Positions 1-7,683 of a DNA stretch of 24,000 bases are shown one piece after another (the stretch's first letter is position 1; every line of letters starts with the position of its first letter). A program made the position numbers and the translations under genes. The notes beneath the pieces were generated by a model that saw only the letters and a program-made list of their open reading frames with translations, was not told the origin of the DNA and ran no database searches. The DNA comes from an uncultured Gammaproteobacteria bacterium (GTDB lineage: Bacteria; Pseudomonadota; Gammaproteobacteria; Arenicellales; Arenicellaceae). Location of the stretch: assembly GCA_964434375.1 (NCBI GenBank), contig CAYSUU010000002.1, positions 12,896 to 36,895 on the forward strand, in the 5' to 3' direction.

Positions 1-815
1 CCATCGAAGGGGTAAAAATAACTGGATTGCGTGCCGCCGTCGTAAGCAATCCATTTGCGATTTGTTAGGCCACTGGTATTGAGTACGTTAATCTTTGAGA
101 TTGGGTCCCACCAAGTACCTTCATTGATATCTTTTACCAATGGTTTGAACGCGCGTTTGTGCATATGTGGTTCAAACGTATCAATCTGATCGCGTGTAAA
201 GGGGACGAATACGATAGCTGCGGCAAGTCCGGCAATAACTAGACCTCCGATGGCTTTGCGGCTTGAGACGAAACAGGCGGCAGACAGAATACTTAGCCCT
301 GCAACTATCGTTAAAATTCCTGTCGTGCCTACTTTAGGTAGCAATGGAATCAGTAATACGCTGCCCAATGCTGCGCCGATTAAGTCCCAGAAATAAAGCT
401 TACGGATTTGTTTTGCATAGTGTGTGAAGACAATAGATAAAACCAGTCCGGCTAAAAAGAATGGCACGCAGATTACTACGTAGATCAACATGAAATTGCT
501 TGCCATTTCGGCAAACTGATCCGTATTTAGTAAATTGTAGTCAAACGGAAGGCGGTCGATGGCCCAATGCATATGCAGTACCCAAACGGCCATTGATGCC
601 GTGGTGACCGATAAAATAATCCATAGATTATCGCTGTTTTTAATGGGTTTTATGGCTAGAAAAACCCCAGCTAGACCAAATGAAAACACCGCAAGGGTGA
701 TGACCATGTATGCCATATTTGGGTACCAAAGTACGTCAAATACACGAATAAGATTTATTTCTAATAATAAAGAAGCGAGCGCAATACAGAACACGCCAAA
801 GGCGGTTTTGGTCAT
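1..815 (-). CDS. Polytopic membrane protein, N-terminal part of a membrane-anchored spermidine-synthase-like family protein. The 3' end runs off the window.
   Basis: Absent from the ORF track because it has no stop in the window. Hand translation of the minus strand from ATG at 815 gives MTKTAFGVFCIALASLLLEINLIRVFDVLWYPNMAYMVITLAVFSFGLAGVF...KLYFWDLIGAALGSVLLIPLL...WWDPISKINVLN...IAYDGGTQSSYFYPFD, open down to position 3. It has several hydrophobic helices. The LLLE..L.R.F and Y..DLxGAALG patterns match my recollection of membrane-bound SpeE-like proteins. The + ORF 559..837 is its antisense shadow. Confidence 0.55.
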   Translation of the reverse strand, partial: MTKTAFGVFCIALASLLLEINLIRVFDVLWYPNMAYMVITLAVFSFGLAGVFLAIKPIKNSDNLWIILSVTTASMAVWVLHMHWAIDRLPFDYNLLNTDQFAEMASNFMLIYVVICVPFFLAGLVLSIVFTHYAKQIRKLYFWDLIGAALGSVLLIPLLPKVGTTGILTIVAGLSILSAACFVSSRKAIGGLVIAGLAAAIVFVPFTRDQIDTFEPHMHKRAFKPLVKDINEGTWWDPISKINVLNTSGLTNRKWIAYDGGTQSSYFYPFD

Positions 816-983
816 AATGATAGCCAGTTATTTATGATGATCTTTGGGGTTGTAAAACCCGCATTTCGGCGGAAATATACAGGTGCGTATAGGCTAAATC
901 AACTAAACCAAGACAGCCTTTTGTGCATAAGCCTAAGGTTTTATAAAAAAACGAACTTTTACCCCTAACTATTACTTACTAAT

Positions 984-2681
984 ATGGGGTCTGAAGGGCT
1001 TTTTGAGTATACTTGCGGTCTTTATAGCGTCCTAAAACTACACATGATAAAGGCGTTTTCCGGATTCAAAATCTCAGCATTTATTGCTCTAGTATTTGCA
1101 TTGCTTGTAGCAACTCATCTCTATACCACGCTTCAGTTCAATGTCGTGCAATTTACCGTGCACGCGCAAACCCAAGAAGAGGTTGTGGCGATAGTGAGCG
1201 ATATTGCCGCAGACGGTAAATCCACAGAATTGGGACGAGTGTCTTTTCTTGGTGGTCAATCTACAACGACACAATTTGTTAGTAGCCCGTATTTTAATAA
1301 GCCGGTGCGTCGACTGCAGGTAGACTTGGTGCCCGTTGACCCAAGTAAGGCGACCGCGGTTATTTTGCATGATCTGTTTTTGTACACCTCTTATTCACGA
1401 GGCGAGGTCTATCTGAACTCTCAGTTTATTAATGAGAAGTTTGAGGTAGGGTCTCGAGACAAGCATTCCGGTAATTATTATGAGCTGGAACCAGGAGAGA
1501 TAGCTTCCTATATTTCTCAAGTAACGGTAATCCCGACGAATCCAACGTTTGTAATCTTAATATCGCTATTTATCTTTGTTATCGTTTTTTGTGTTGTTCG
1601 TTATTTTGATTGGCGAGCAATTCCAGCGATCCGAGATATGAAGTTAGGTCCGCATATATCAAGTGAAAATGAGTTTAATGCCATTAATGGTCTGCGCGGT
1701 TTGGCGGCCTTAATGGTGTTGTTTAGTCATAGTGCGCCGGATTGGGAGAACTTACAGGTAGGAATAGGCATTTTGTTTGTTATCAGCGGTTATTTGCTGA
1801 CCAAGCCATTTGTGCTCGACGCTGAAAAAATATTCTCTTGGGCTAACGTGGAAATATTTTGGTTGAAGCGGATAAAGCGTATTTTGCCAATGTATTTCGT
1901 ATTTGTTTTTCTAAGTTACGGATTAACCTTTGATTTTGATGCCTTGGTTCGTCATTTTTTGTTTATTCAAGCAGGCGGGCATTTATGGCCGATGACGCAG
2001 ATCTTTGTGTTCTATATGATTCTGCCGTTTGTGCTTTTTGTAACTTGCTTGTCGGCCAAAATATCCCGCTTTTTGCCTATTGTACTACTGACGCTAGCCG
2101 TCATTTTATGGTTTGTATTATTCGAAGATTGGCAACCGTTTTTTAACGGGCAATATTTTCATACTTTTTACTTATACGCTTTTCTCATGGGCGTGCTGGC
2201 TGCGTATATCCAATACGGTGAAATACAACGTTACTTTAAAGCAACCGATACACCTTCGTTAGGCAGGCAATTACTTGCGTGGTGTGGACTGATTTTCACT
2301 ATTGCCTTTATTTTATGGTCTGGGCCTGTTCAGCCTCCGTCATTTATCGAGCCTTATTTGTCACAATTTTTTGTTAAGTGTTTGGCTTGTTTCTTATTGA
2401 TTTTTCTTGTCGTCAATACACCGAACACTTTTTTCAATAAACTGCTTGCTAATCCTATTTTGAGAAGCATTGGCGTTATCGGTTTTAGTTTTTATCTCTT
2501 GCATGGATTCGGCATTAGTTTTTATCAGGAATTTTCCGTTCAATACCTTGGACATAGTGAATTTGCCGAGCGCACGTGGTGGGGCGTTTTGGGTGCTTTT
2601 ATAGTCACGTATCCGTTGGCTTTATTGACTTATTCTTATATTGAGCGTCCATTTTTTGGAAGCCGTCATTCTTCTAACTAG
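984..2681 (+). CDS. Acyltransferase family 3 (membrane O-acyltransferase) with an extra N-terminal TM plus soluble domain
   Basis: 565-aa ORF. The C-terminal ~350 aa is polytopic and opens with the acyltransferase-3 hallmark NAINGLRGLAALMVLFSH. The N-terminal ~210 aa comprises a TM helix (ISAFIALVFALLVATHLY), a ~130-aa non-hydrophobic segment, and a second TM helix (FVILISLFIFVIVFCVV). ATG at 1044 (MIKAFSG...) is a plausible alternative start. Confidence 0.75.
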   Translation: MGSEGLFEYTCGLYSVLKLHMIKAFSGFKISAFIALVFALLVATHLYTTLQFNVVQFTVHAQTQEEVVAIVSDIAADGKSTELGRVSFLGGQSTTTQFVSSPYFNKPVRRLQVDLVPVDPSKATAVILHDLFLYTSYSRGEVYLNSQFINEKFEVGSRDKHSGNYYELEPGEIASYISQVTVIPTNPTFVILISLFIFVIVFCVVRYFDWRAIPAIRDMKLGPHISSENEFNAINGLRGLAALMVLFSHSAPDWENLQVGIGILFVISGYLLTKPFVLDAEKIFSWANVEIFWLKRIKRILPMYFVFVFLSYGLTFDFDALVRHFLFIQAGGHLWPMTQIFVFYMILPFVLFVTCLSAKISRFLPIVLLTLAVILWFVLFEDWQPFFNGQYFHTFYLYAFLMGVLAAYIQYGEIQRYFKATDTPSLGRQLLAWCGLIFTIAFILWSGPVQPPSFIEPYLSQFFVKCLACFLLIFLVVNTPNTFFNKLLANPILRSIGVIGFSFYLLHGFGISFYQEFSVQYLGHSEFAERTWWGVLGAFIVTYPLALLTYSYIERPFFGSRHSSN

Positions 2682-2685
2682 AGAT

Positions 2686-3081
2686 ATGCCGCCCATTTTA
2701 AAATTTTTAGAGCGCTATTTTCCTATGTCACTCGTCAAATATTATTTGATCGGGGGCATCGCAGTGCTACTGCATGTTTTGATTGTCGTTGCGGTTATTG
2801 AGTTTAGGAATTTCTCTCCAAGTATTGCGAATGCATTGGCTTTTATTTTGGCGACCATTTTTTCCAGTATCGCTAATACATATTGGAGTTTCGATGCCGA
2901 AATTAGCCGAACTATAATATTGCGATTTTGGGGTGTAGCTCTACTGGGCCTGTGCTTGGCGATTACTATTTCAAGTATTGCAGAGTACCTAAAGCTGCAT
3001 TATCTCATTGGGGTTTTGATGGTGGTAACCGTGACCCCCGTGATTAGTTACACTCTGCACAAAAATTGGACCTATAAGTAA
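2686..3081 (+). CDS. GtrA-like small membrane protein (polyprenyl-phosphate-glycose translocation family)
   Basis: The ORF track gives 2641..3081 with a TTG start that overlaps the upstream gene. I prefer ATG 2686 (MPPILKF...), 4 nt after the upstream stop. The protein is ~131 aa with four hydrophobic helices. YLIGGIAVLLHVLIV and ANALAFILATIFSSIANTYWSF fit the GtrA family pattern. Confidence 0.65.
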   Translation: MPPILKFLERYFPMSLVKYYLIGGIAVLLHVLIVVAVIEFRNFSPSIANALAFILATIFSSIANTYWSFDAEISRTIILRFWGVALLGLCLAITISSIAEYLKLHYLIGVLMVVTVTPVISYTLHKNWTYK

Positions 3082-3269
3082 AGTCGTATCGCTTCGAGCT
3101 TAGACATTAGTGTCTGGTGGTTTGCTTGAAGAACTAAAAAGTTTTTCGCTCTCGTGTATTTGCTACGTGAAATAAAGAGCATGGTCGATTATGATGTGGG
3201 AAATGCCTACTTATTTGCGCCATCTTCGACAACCCTTCTTTTGAAAGAAAGAAGAACTTTCGCAGCCAT

Positions 3270-4220
3270 TTGACTGAATATCCAGCGTTAGAATTTTCTG
3301 TGATTACTCCCTATCTAAAAATTGCTCGTTTCGACCATTGGTTTAAAAATGTATTCGTTTTGCCTGGTGTGATCGTTGCAGTCTACCTCGATGGCTCATT
3401 ATTAAAATCATCATTGATTTTAGATTTATTAATTGCTTTATTGGCAACCGGTTTTATTGCCTCGAGTAACTATATTATTAATGAAATTCTAGATGCCCCG
3501 AAAGACGCCCTACATCCGGTCAAAAAATTTCGCCCGGTACCTAGTGGACAGATTAATATAAAAATCGGCTACGTGCTTTGGATCGTGTTTTTGTTGATCG
3601 GTTTGGGTTTTGCCTCTTATTTTGGAAGCGCATTTTTCTGGATTGCCCTTTTATTGTGGGTGATGGGCTGCATTTATAATATCCCGCCAGTACGCAGTAA
3701 GGATAAGCCCTATATTGACGTGTTGTCAGAAGCGGTTAATAACCCGATTCGTTTGTTACTCGGTTGGTACGCGACAGGCATAAGCCTAGTACCACCGATT
3801 TCCTTAGTTTTTGCTTATTGGATGATTGGTGCCTACTTTATGGCTGCGAAACGCTTTGGTGAGTATCGAATGATTGGCGATAAGAAGGTGGCGGGCGACT
3901 ATCGTAATTCTTTCAAGTATTACAATGAAGAACGTTTAATAGGGAGTTTGATTTATTACCTTGGTGGTTTTGGCCTATTTTTTGGGATATTTCTTATTCG
4001 TTATAGAATGGAGTTGATTTTATCAATCCCTTTGATTGCTGGCTTTACGGCTTGGTATTTTCATTTAGCTTGTAAGGAAGATAGCCCCGTTCAATATCCT
4101 GAGAAGCTCTATAAAGAAAGTTACTTTTTCGGCTTTACCCTTGCCGTTTTTATTATCATGATTTGCTTGGTAATTGTTGATTTGCCATGGTTGTATGAAC
4201 TGTTCCCAGCGACTGTTTAG
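3270..4220 (+). CDS. UbiA-family prenyltransferase, polyprenyl-phosphate 5-phosphoribosyltransferase (DPPR-synthase, Rv3806c)-like
   Basis: 316-aa polytopic ORF. The first Asp-rich motif and its flank, NEILDAPKDALHPVKKFRPVPSG, are colinear with the ND..D...D..HP.K..RP...G signature I recall for decaprenyl-phosphate phosphoribosyltransferases. The N-terminal ARFDHWFKNVFVLPG also resembles that clade. No in-frame ATG is available. The start is TTG 3270, with GTG near 3301 as an alternative, so the start is uncertain. Confidence 0.65.
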   Translation: MTEYPALEFSVITPYLKIARFDHWFKNVFVLPGVIVAVYLDGSLLKSSLILDLLIALLATGFIASSNYIINEILDAPKDALHPVKKFRPVPSGQINIKIGYVLWIVFLLIGLGFASYFGSAFFWIALLLWVMGCIYNIPPVRSKDKPYIDVLSEAVNNPIRLLLGWYATGISLVPPISLVFAYWMIGAYFMAAKRFGEYRMIGDKKVAGDYRNSFKYYNEERLIGSLIYYLGGFGLFFGIFLIRYRMELILSIPLIAGFTAWYFHLACKEDSPVQYPEKLYKESYFFGFTLAVFIIMICLVIVDLPWLYELFPATV

Positions 4221-4254
4221 TCTTCTCGCATTACGAAAACCAGAGGAGCGGTAA

Positions 4255-4794
4255 GTGAGCGAACAATGTCCGATTATTGTTGACCTAGACGGAACGCTGG
4301 TTCGCGACGACACTCTGTACGTTCTTGCTTGGCAAATGCTGATCAAAAAACCGCATGCCTGCCTAATGCTTCCAATCCATCTGATTAAAGGTAAGGCGGC
4401 AATGAAACACTACATGAGCGGTGTGCTTGAGCTTGACCCAAGTCGTTTACGCTTTCATGAGGACCTTATTGCATGGCTCAAACAACAAAGAGCTCTCGGT
4501 CGACGTGTTGTGCTGTGTACCGCCTCGAGCCAGCAGGTAGCCGATATTATCGCTCAGCATATCGATCTTTTTGATGATGTGATCGGCAGTGATGCTTACG
4601 CTAATCTTTCAGGTGAACGTAAAGCGGCATTGTTAGTTGATCGATATGGATGGCAAGGTTTTGACTACTGCGGTAATGCTGATGTCGATTTGAGTGTTTG
4701 GAAAGATGCCAATGCAGCGATTGTGGTTAATGCAAAAAAGGGTTTGGCGAAGCAGGCTAGTAACCTGTGCCCAGTTGTGCAAGAGTTTACCTAG
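4255..4794 (+). CDS. HAD-superfamily phosphatase (subfamily IB-like)
   Basis: 179-aa ORF with a GTG start preceded by GAGGAG. All four HAD motifs are visible: I IVDLDGTLV, II VVLCTASS, III GERKA (Lys), IV GNADVDLSVW. It lies 34 nt downstream of the UbiA gene. Confidence 0.75.
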   Translation: MSEQCPIIVDLDGTLVRDDTLYVLAWQMLIKKPHACLMLPIHLIKGKAAMKHYMSGVLELDPSRLRFHEDLIAWLKQQRALGRRVVLCTASSQQVADIIAQHIDLFDDVIGSDAYANLSGERKAALLVDRYGWQGFDYCGNADVDLSVWKDANAAIVVNAKKGLAKQASNLCPVVQEFT

Positions 4795-4957
4795 CAAGTA
4801 TTTGCAGCGCTTCCAAAATAGCCGCCTTAAGCTCTTTGCTATCTTGTTCATAGTAAATGTCTTCTCCATCAAGGATTACATAACTAAGCTCAACCTCTTT
4901 TCCATCGGCTATGCTATAAATTAGCGCGTCGCCTTCAACTGTATTTGAATAACTCAT
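4787..4957 (-). CDS. Hypothetical small acidic protein (56 aa), not in the ORF track
   Basis: Hand translation of the minus strand from ATG 4957 gives MSYSNTVEGDALIYSIADGKEVELSYVILDGEDIYYEQDSKELKAAILEALQILAR, ending at TAA 4789-4787. An AAAGGA Shine-Dalgarno-like element lies ~7 nt upstream. Its 3' end overlaps the HAD gene 3' end by 8 nt in convergent orientation. I recognise no homology. Confidence 0.35.
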   Translation of the reverse strand: MSYSNTVEGDALIYSIADGKEVELSYVILDGEDIYYEQDSKELKAAILEALQILAR

Positions 4958-5218
4958 ATAAGGTCCTTTTATTTGTTATTTGCTCGTATCGAAAGTGACA
5001 CTCATTCGCTAACTCCATGTTGGCAAATCTCAATGCTGGTTTTATTGCATTGTAGAGCACAGATAAATAATAGTTTATTTATAGGTCGCTAACGTCACCC
5101 CTAAGGGTGATATCTTTTAAAAATCTTGGTTTTAGTGTCAAATGCCTGTGAAGTATTGGCCGAAGTTGACTAAGCCATAAAATTCGCCTCATGAATGTAA
5201 AAGATCTGTGTTTTTCAG

Positions 5219-5247
5219 TAGGCATATTTTGTTCTCATTGTTAGAAT
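5219..5247 (+). promoter_or_regulatory. Candidate sigma70 promoter for pckG
   Basis: TAGGCA (5219-5224), a 17-nt spacer, then TAGAAT (5242-5247). The -10 hexamer is preceded by TGT, an extended -10-like context. It sits ~115 nt upstream of the pckG ATG. This is pattern match only. Confidence 0.25.
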
Positions 5248-5362
5248 GCCTCGCACCACGAATGCGACCGACTTTTTGTTTCTATTACTCGTTCTGAGTT
5301 CAAAAAGTTTGGCTTAGAAAAGTCTAAGTAGTTGTCGTCAATTTAATAGCCAATAAACTAGT

Positions 5363-7105
5363 ATGACCACGAAAAATCAAGAACTAGCGACTTGGATCAA
5401 CGAAGTAGCAGAACTGACTCTCCCAGCAGAGGTTGTTTGGTGCGATGGTAGCGAGCAAGAAAACCAGCGCATGATCGACCTTATGTTGGCCGATGGTAGT
5501 TTGAGCAAGTTGAATTCCGAAACGCATCCGAATTGTTATCTGCACTTGTCTGATTCGCAAGATGTGGCCCGCGTTGAGCACTTAACCTTCATCTGTACGG
5601 AAAACGAATCAGATGCAGGCAGCAACAATAATTGGATGGCCATCGATCAAGCCAAAGCCAAGATGCACGACCTTTATCAAGGTTGTATGCAAGGACGTAC
5701 CATGTACGTAGTGCCTTATTGTATGGGGCCGATAAACTCGCCTTTCTCACGCTGCGGAGTGGAAATTACCGACAGCCCTTATGTGGTTATTAATATGAAG
5801 TTGATGACGCGTATGGGGAGTGCGGCATTGACTCGAATAGAACAAGAAGGCTCCTTCGTTAAAGGCTTACATTCCACTGGCGAGCTTGATCCAGAACGCC
5901 GTTTTATTATGCATTTTCCTGAAGAGTTAAGCATTATGAGCTATGGTTCCGGTTATGGCGGTAATGCTCTGTTAGGTAAAAAATGTCATGCCCTAAGGAT
6001 AGCCAGTTGGCAAGCGCGGCAAGAAGGTTGGCTGGCCGAACACATGTTGATTCTTGGCTTAGAAAGTCCTGAAGGCGAAACGCATTATATCGCTGCAGCC
6101 TTCCCATCAGCCTGTGGTAAGACCAATTTAGCCATGCTTATTCCACCTGAAAAATACGCTGACTGGAAGATTTGGACCCTAGGCGACGATATCGCTTGGC
6201 TTCATTTAGATGATCAAGGTCAACTTCGTGCAATAAACCCAGAGGCAGGATATTTCGGCGTTGTTCCCGGTACTAATAGTAAAACGAATCGCAACGCCTT
6301 CGATATGATTCAACAGAATACTATCTTTACTAATGTTGGCACTACAGACGACAACCAACCTTGGTGGGAAGATAAAAAAGTAGGTAGTCCAAGTAAAGAT
6401 TGGAAGGGCCAATCCTATGATGAGTCCAATGGTCCTGCGGCTCATCCTAATTCTCGTTTTACTGTATCCGCCACTGAAAATCGAGCTTACTCTAGTTTGG
6501 CTGAAGCGCCGCAAGGTGTGGCAATTTCAGCGATTGTCTTTGGCGGTCGTCGTCGTGAATTGGCCCCTTTGGTTTATCAAGCTAAGTCGTGGAATCATGG
6601 TGTGCTTATAGGTGCTGGTGTTGCCTCAGAAACAACGGCTGCTGCGACCGGTGAAGTCGGCGTGGTTCGACGCGATCCCATGGCGATGAAACCTTTTTGT
6701 GGCTATAACTTTGCTGATTATTGGTCGCATTGGCTGAGCTTTAGCGAGCGCACTGACAACTTACCAGACATATTTCACGTTAATTGGTTTCGTCAAAATG
6801 AAAACGGAGAGTTTTTGTGGCCTGGTTTTGGAGAGAATCTACGCGTTTTACAATGGATAATTCAACGATGCAAAGGTGAAGTTGGTGCGCATGAAACTGC
6901 AATTGGCTATTTGCCCGAAAGCGATGGCGTTGATATTACTGATCTCGATATTCAGCCCGAAGTATGGAAGTCACTGACTTCTATTAATGATGAGCAATGG
7001 CGCAAAGAAATGGATGAGTTTGGTAGGTATCTCGATAGTTATGGTGATCGTTTGCCCGCTGAACTAAGAAATCAGCACGAAAAAATTAAGGCCGCTTTGG
7101 CTTAA
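5363..7105 (+). CDS. pckG: Phosphoenolpyruvate carboxykinase (GTP-dependent)
   Basis: The 580-aa ORF is colinear with GTP-PEPCKs. Matching segments include VVWCDGSEQE, DVARVEHLTFICTE, NNWM, GRTMYVVPYCMGP, the kinase-1a loop FPSACGKTNLAML, GDDIAWL and NWFR. It lacks the ATP-type PckA signature. Confidence 0.95.
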   Translation: MTTKNQELATWINEVAELTLPAEVVWCDGSEQENQRMIDLMLADGSLSKLNSETHPNCYLHLSDSQDVARVEHLTFICTENESDAGSNNNWMAIDQAKAKMHDLYQGCMQGRTMYVVPYCMGPINSPFSRCGVEITDSPYVVINMKLMTRMGSAALTRIEQEGSFVKGLHSTGELDPERRFIMHFPEELSIMSYGSGYGGNALLGKKCHALRIASWQARQEGWLAEHMLILGLESPEGETHYIAAAFPSACGKTNLAMLIPPEKYADWKIWTLGDDIAWLHLDDQGQLRAINPEAGYFGVVPGTNSKTNRNAFDMIQQNTIFTNVGTTDDNQPWWEDKKVGSPSKDWKGQSYDESNGPAAHPNSRFTVSATENRAYSSLAEAPQGVAISAIVFGGRRRELAPLVYQAKSWNHGVLIGAGVASETTAAATGEVGVVRRDPMAMKPFCGYNFADYWSHWLSFSERTDNLPDIFHVNWFRQNENGEFLWPGFGENLRVLQWIIQRCKGEVGAHETAIGYLPESDGVDITDLDIQPEVWKSLTSINDEQWRKEMDEFGRYLDSYGDRLPAELRNQHEKIKAALA

Positions 7106-7110
7106 TTTTA

Positions 7111-7150
7111 TACACCGAGCATGAGTGGAAAAAGACTCGTGCTCGGTGTA
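7111..7150. terminator. Stem-loop between convergent pckG and the AsnC-family gene; probable bidirectional terminator
   Basis: TACACCGAGCATGAG (7111-7125) pairs with CTCGTGCTCGGTGTA (7136-7150), giving a 15-bp stem with one G-U pair and a 10-nt loop. It starts 5 nt after the pckG stop. No clean U-tract follows on the + strand. AATTTTA flanks the left side, which would serve the minus-strand transcript. Confidence 0.55.
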
Positions 7151-7174
7151 AATCTCCAATACAAAGTCGAGCCA

Positions 7175-7633
7175 CTAATTTTTGAGTTGCCAGTTCTTTA
7201 CTTCTTCATAGATTACGGCTGTTTCAATATGAGCCACCTCGGGCCGTTCTGCAAAGGAATCGAGTACAAAGTCACGTAAGGTTTGTGCGTCCTTAACTGC
7301 AATATGCACCATAAAGTCATTAGCACCGCTTAAATGATAAACCTGTAGCACTTCGCTGAAGCTAAGGACATATTTTTGAAACGCTTCTAGTCCGACACGC
7401 GAATGTTGTGCTAGACGAATGGCGACCATTGCTTGCAGGCCAATGCCCAGAGCCGAAAGATCAACTTCTATGTGTGCTCCGCGGATATAGTTTCGCGCTC
7501 GTAGGTATCGTACTCGCTCTAAACACGAAGACGGCGCTAATCCGACCTTTCCGGCGAGCTCCTTATTACTGATCCGAGCATTGTTCCTTAAGGTACGAAT
7601 AATTTCGAAGTCTATTTGGTCTATGCCGCTCAT
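7175..7633 (-). CDS. AsnC/Lrp-family transcriptional regulator
   Basis: 152-aa ORF. The N-terminal HTH (DQIDFEIIRTLRNNARISNKELAGKVGLAPSSCLERVRYL) and a C-terminal RAM-like domain (VYHLSGANDFMVHIAVKD...) are typical of the family. It is divergent from the PLP enzyme gene. Confidence 0.85.
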   Translation of the reverse strand: MSGIDQIDFEIIRTLRNNARISNKELAGKVGLAPSSCLERVRYLRARNYIRGAHIEVDLSALGIGLQAMVAIRLAQHSRVGLEAFQKYVLSFSEVLQVYHLSGANDFMVHIAVKDAQTLRDFVLDSFAERPEVAHIETAVIYEEVKNWQLKN

Positions 7634-7683
7634 TTTAGCTATCTGACGAATTAAATTTGGTGATGACTATTATATTGAAATTT

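Noticed and set aside
559-837. 92-aa + strand ORF from the track
   Set aside because: It lies entirely antisense to the much longer minus-strand membrane-protein frame, which is open from 815 to the window edge. Its sequence is low-complexity with no motifs and no SD. It is a shadow ORF.
3102-3115. AGACA-ttag-TGTCT hairpin after the GtrA-like gene
   Set aside because: The stem is 5 bp with no U-tract, which is too weak to call a terminator. The genes on either side are probably co-transcribed.
5094-5110. Small hairpin GTCACCC-ctaa-GGGTGAT followed by ATCTTTTAAAAA; a possible terminator or sRNA 3' end in the 405-bp region upstream of pckG
   Set aside because: The stem is only 6-7 bp, the T-run is short and interrupted, and no + strand gene or evident promoter lies upstream to be terminated. 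The evidence is insufficient for an sRNA call. RNA-seq would be needed.
5251-5281. TCGCA-ccacgaa-TGCGA hairpin followed by a T-run in the pckG leader; considered as an attenuator or riboswitch-like element
   Set aside because: The stem is only 5 bp, and I recognise no conserved riboswitch core.
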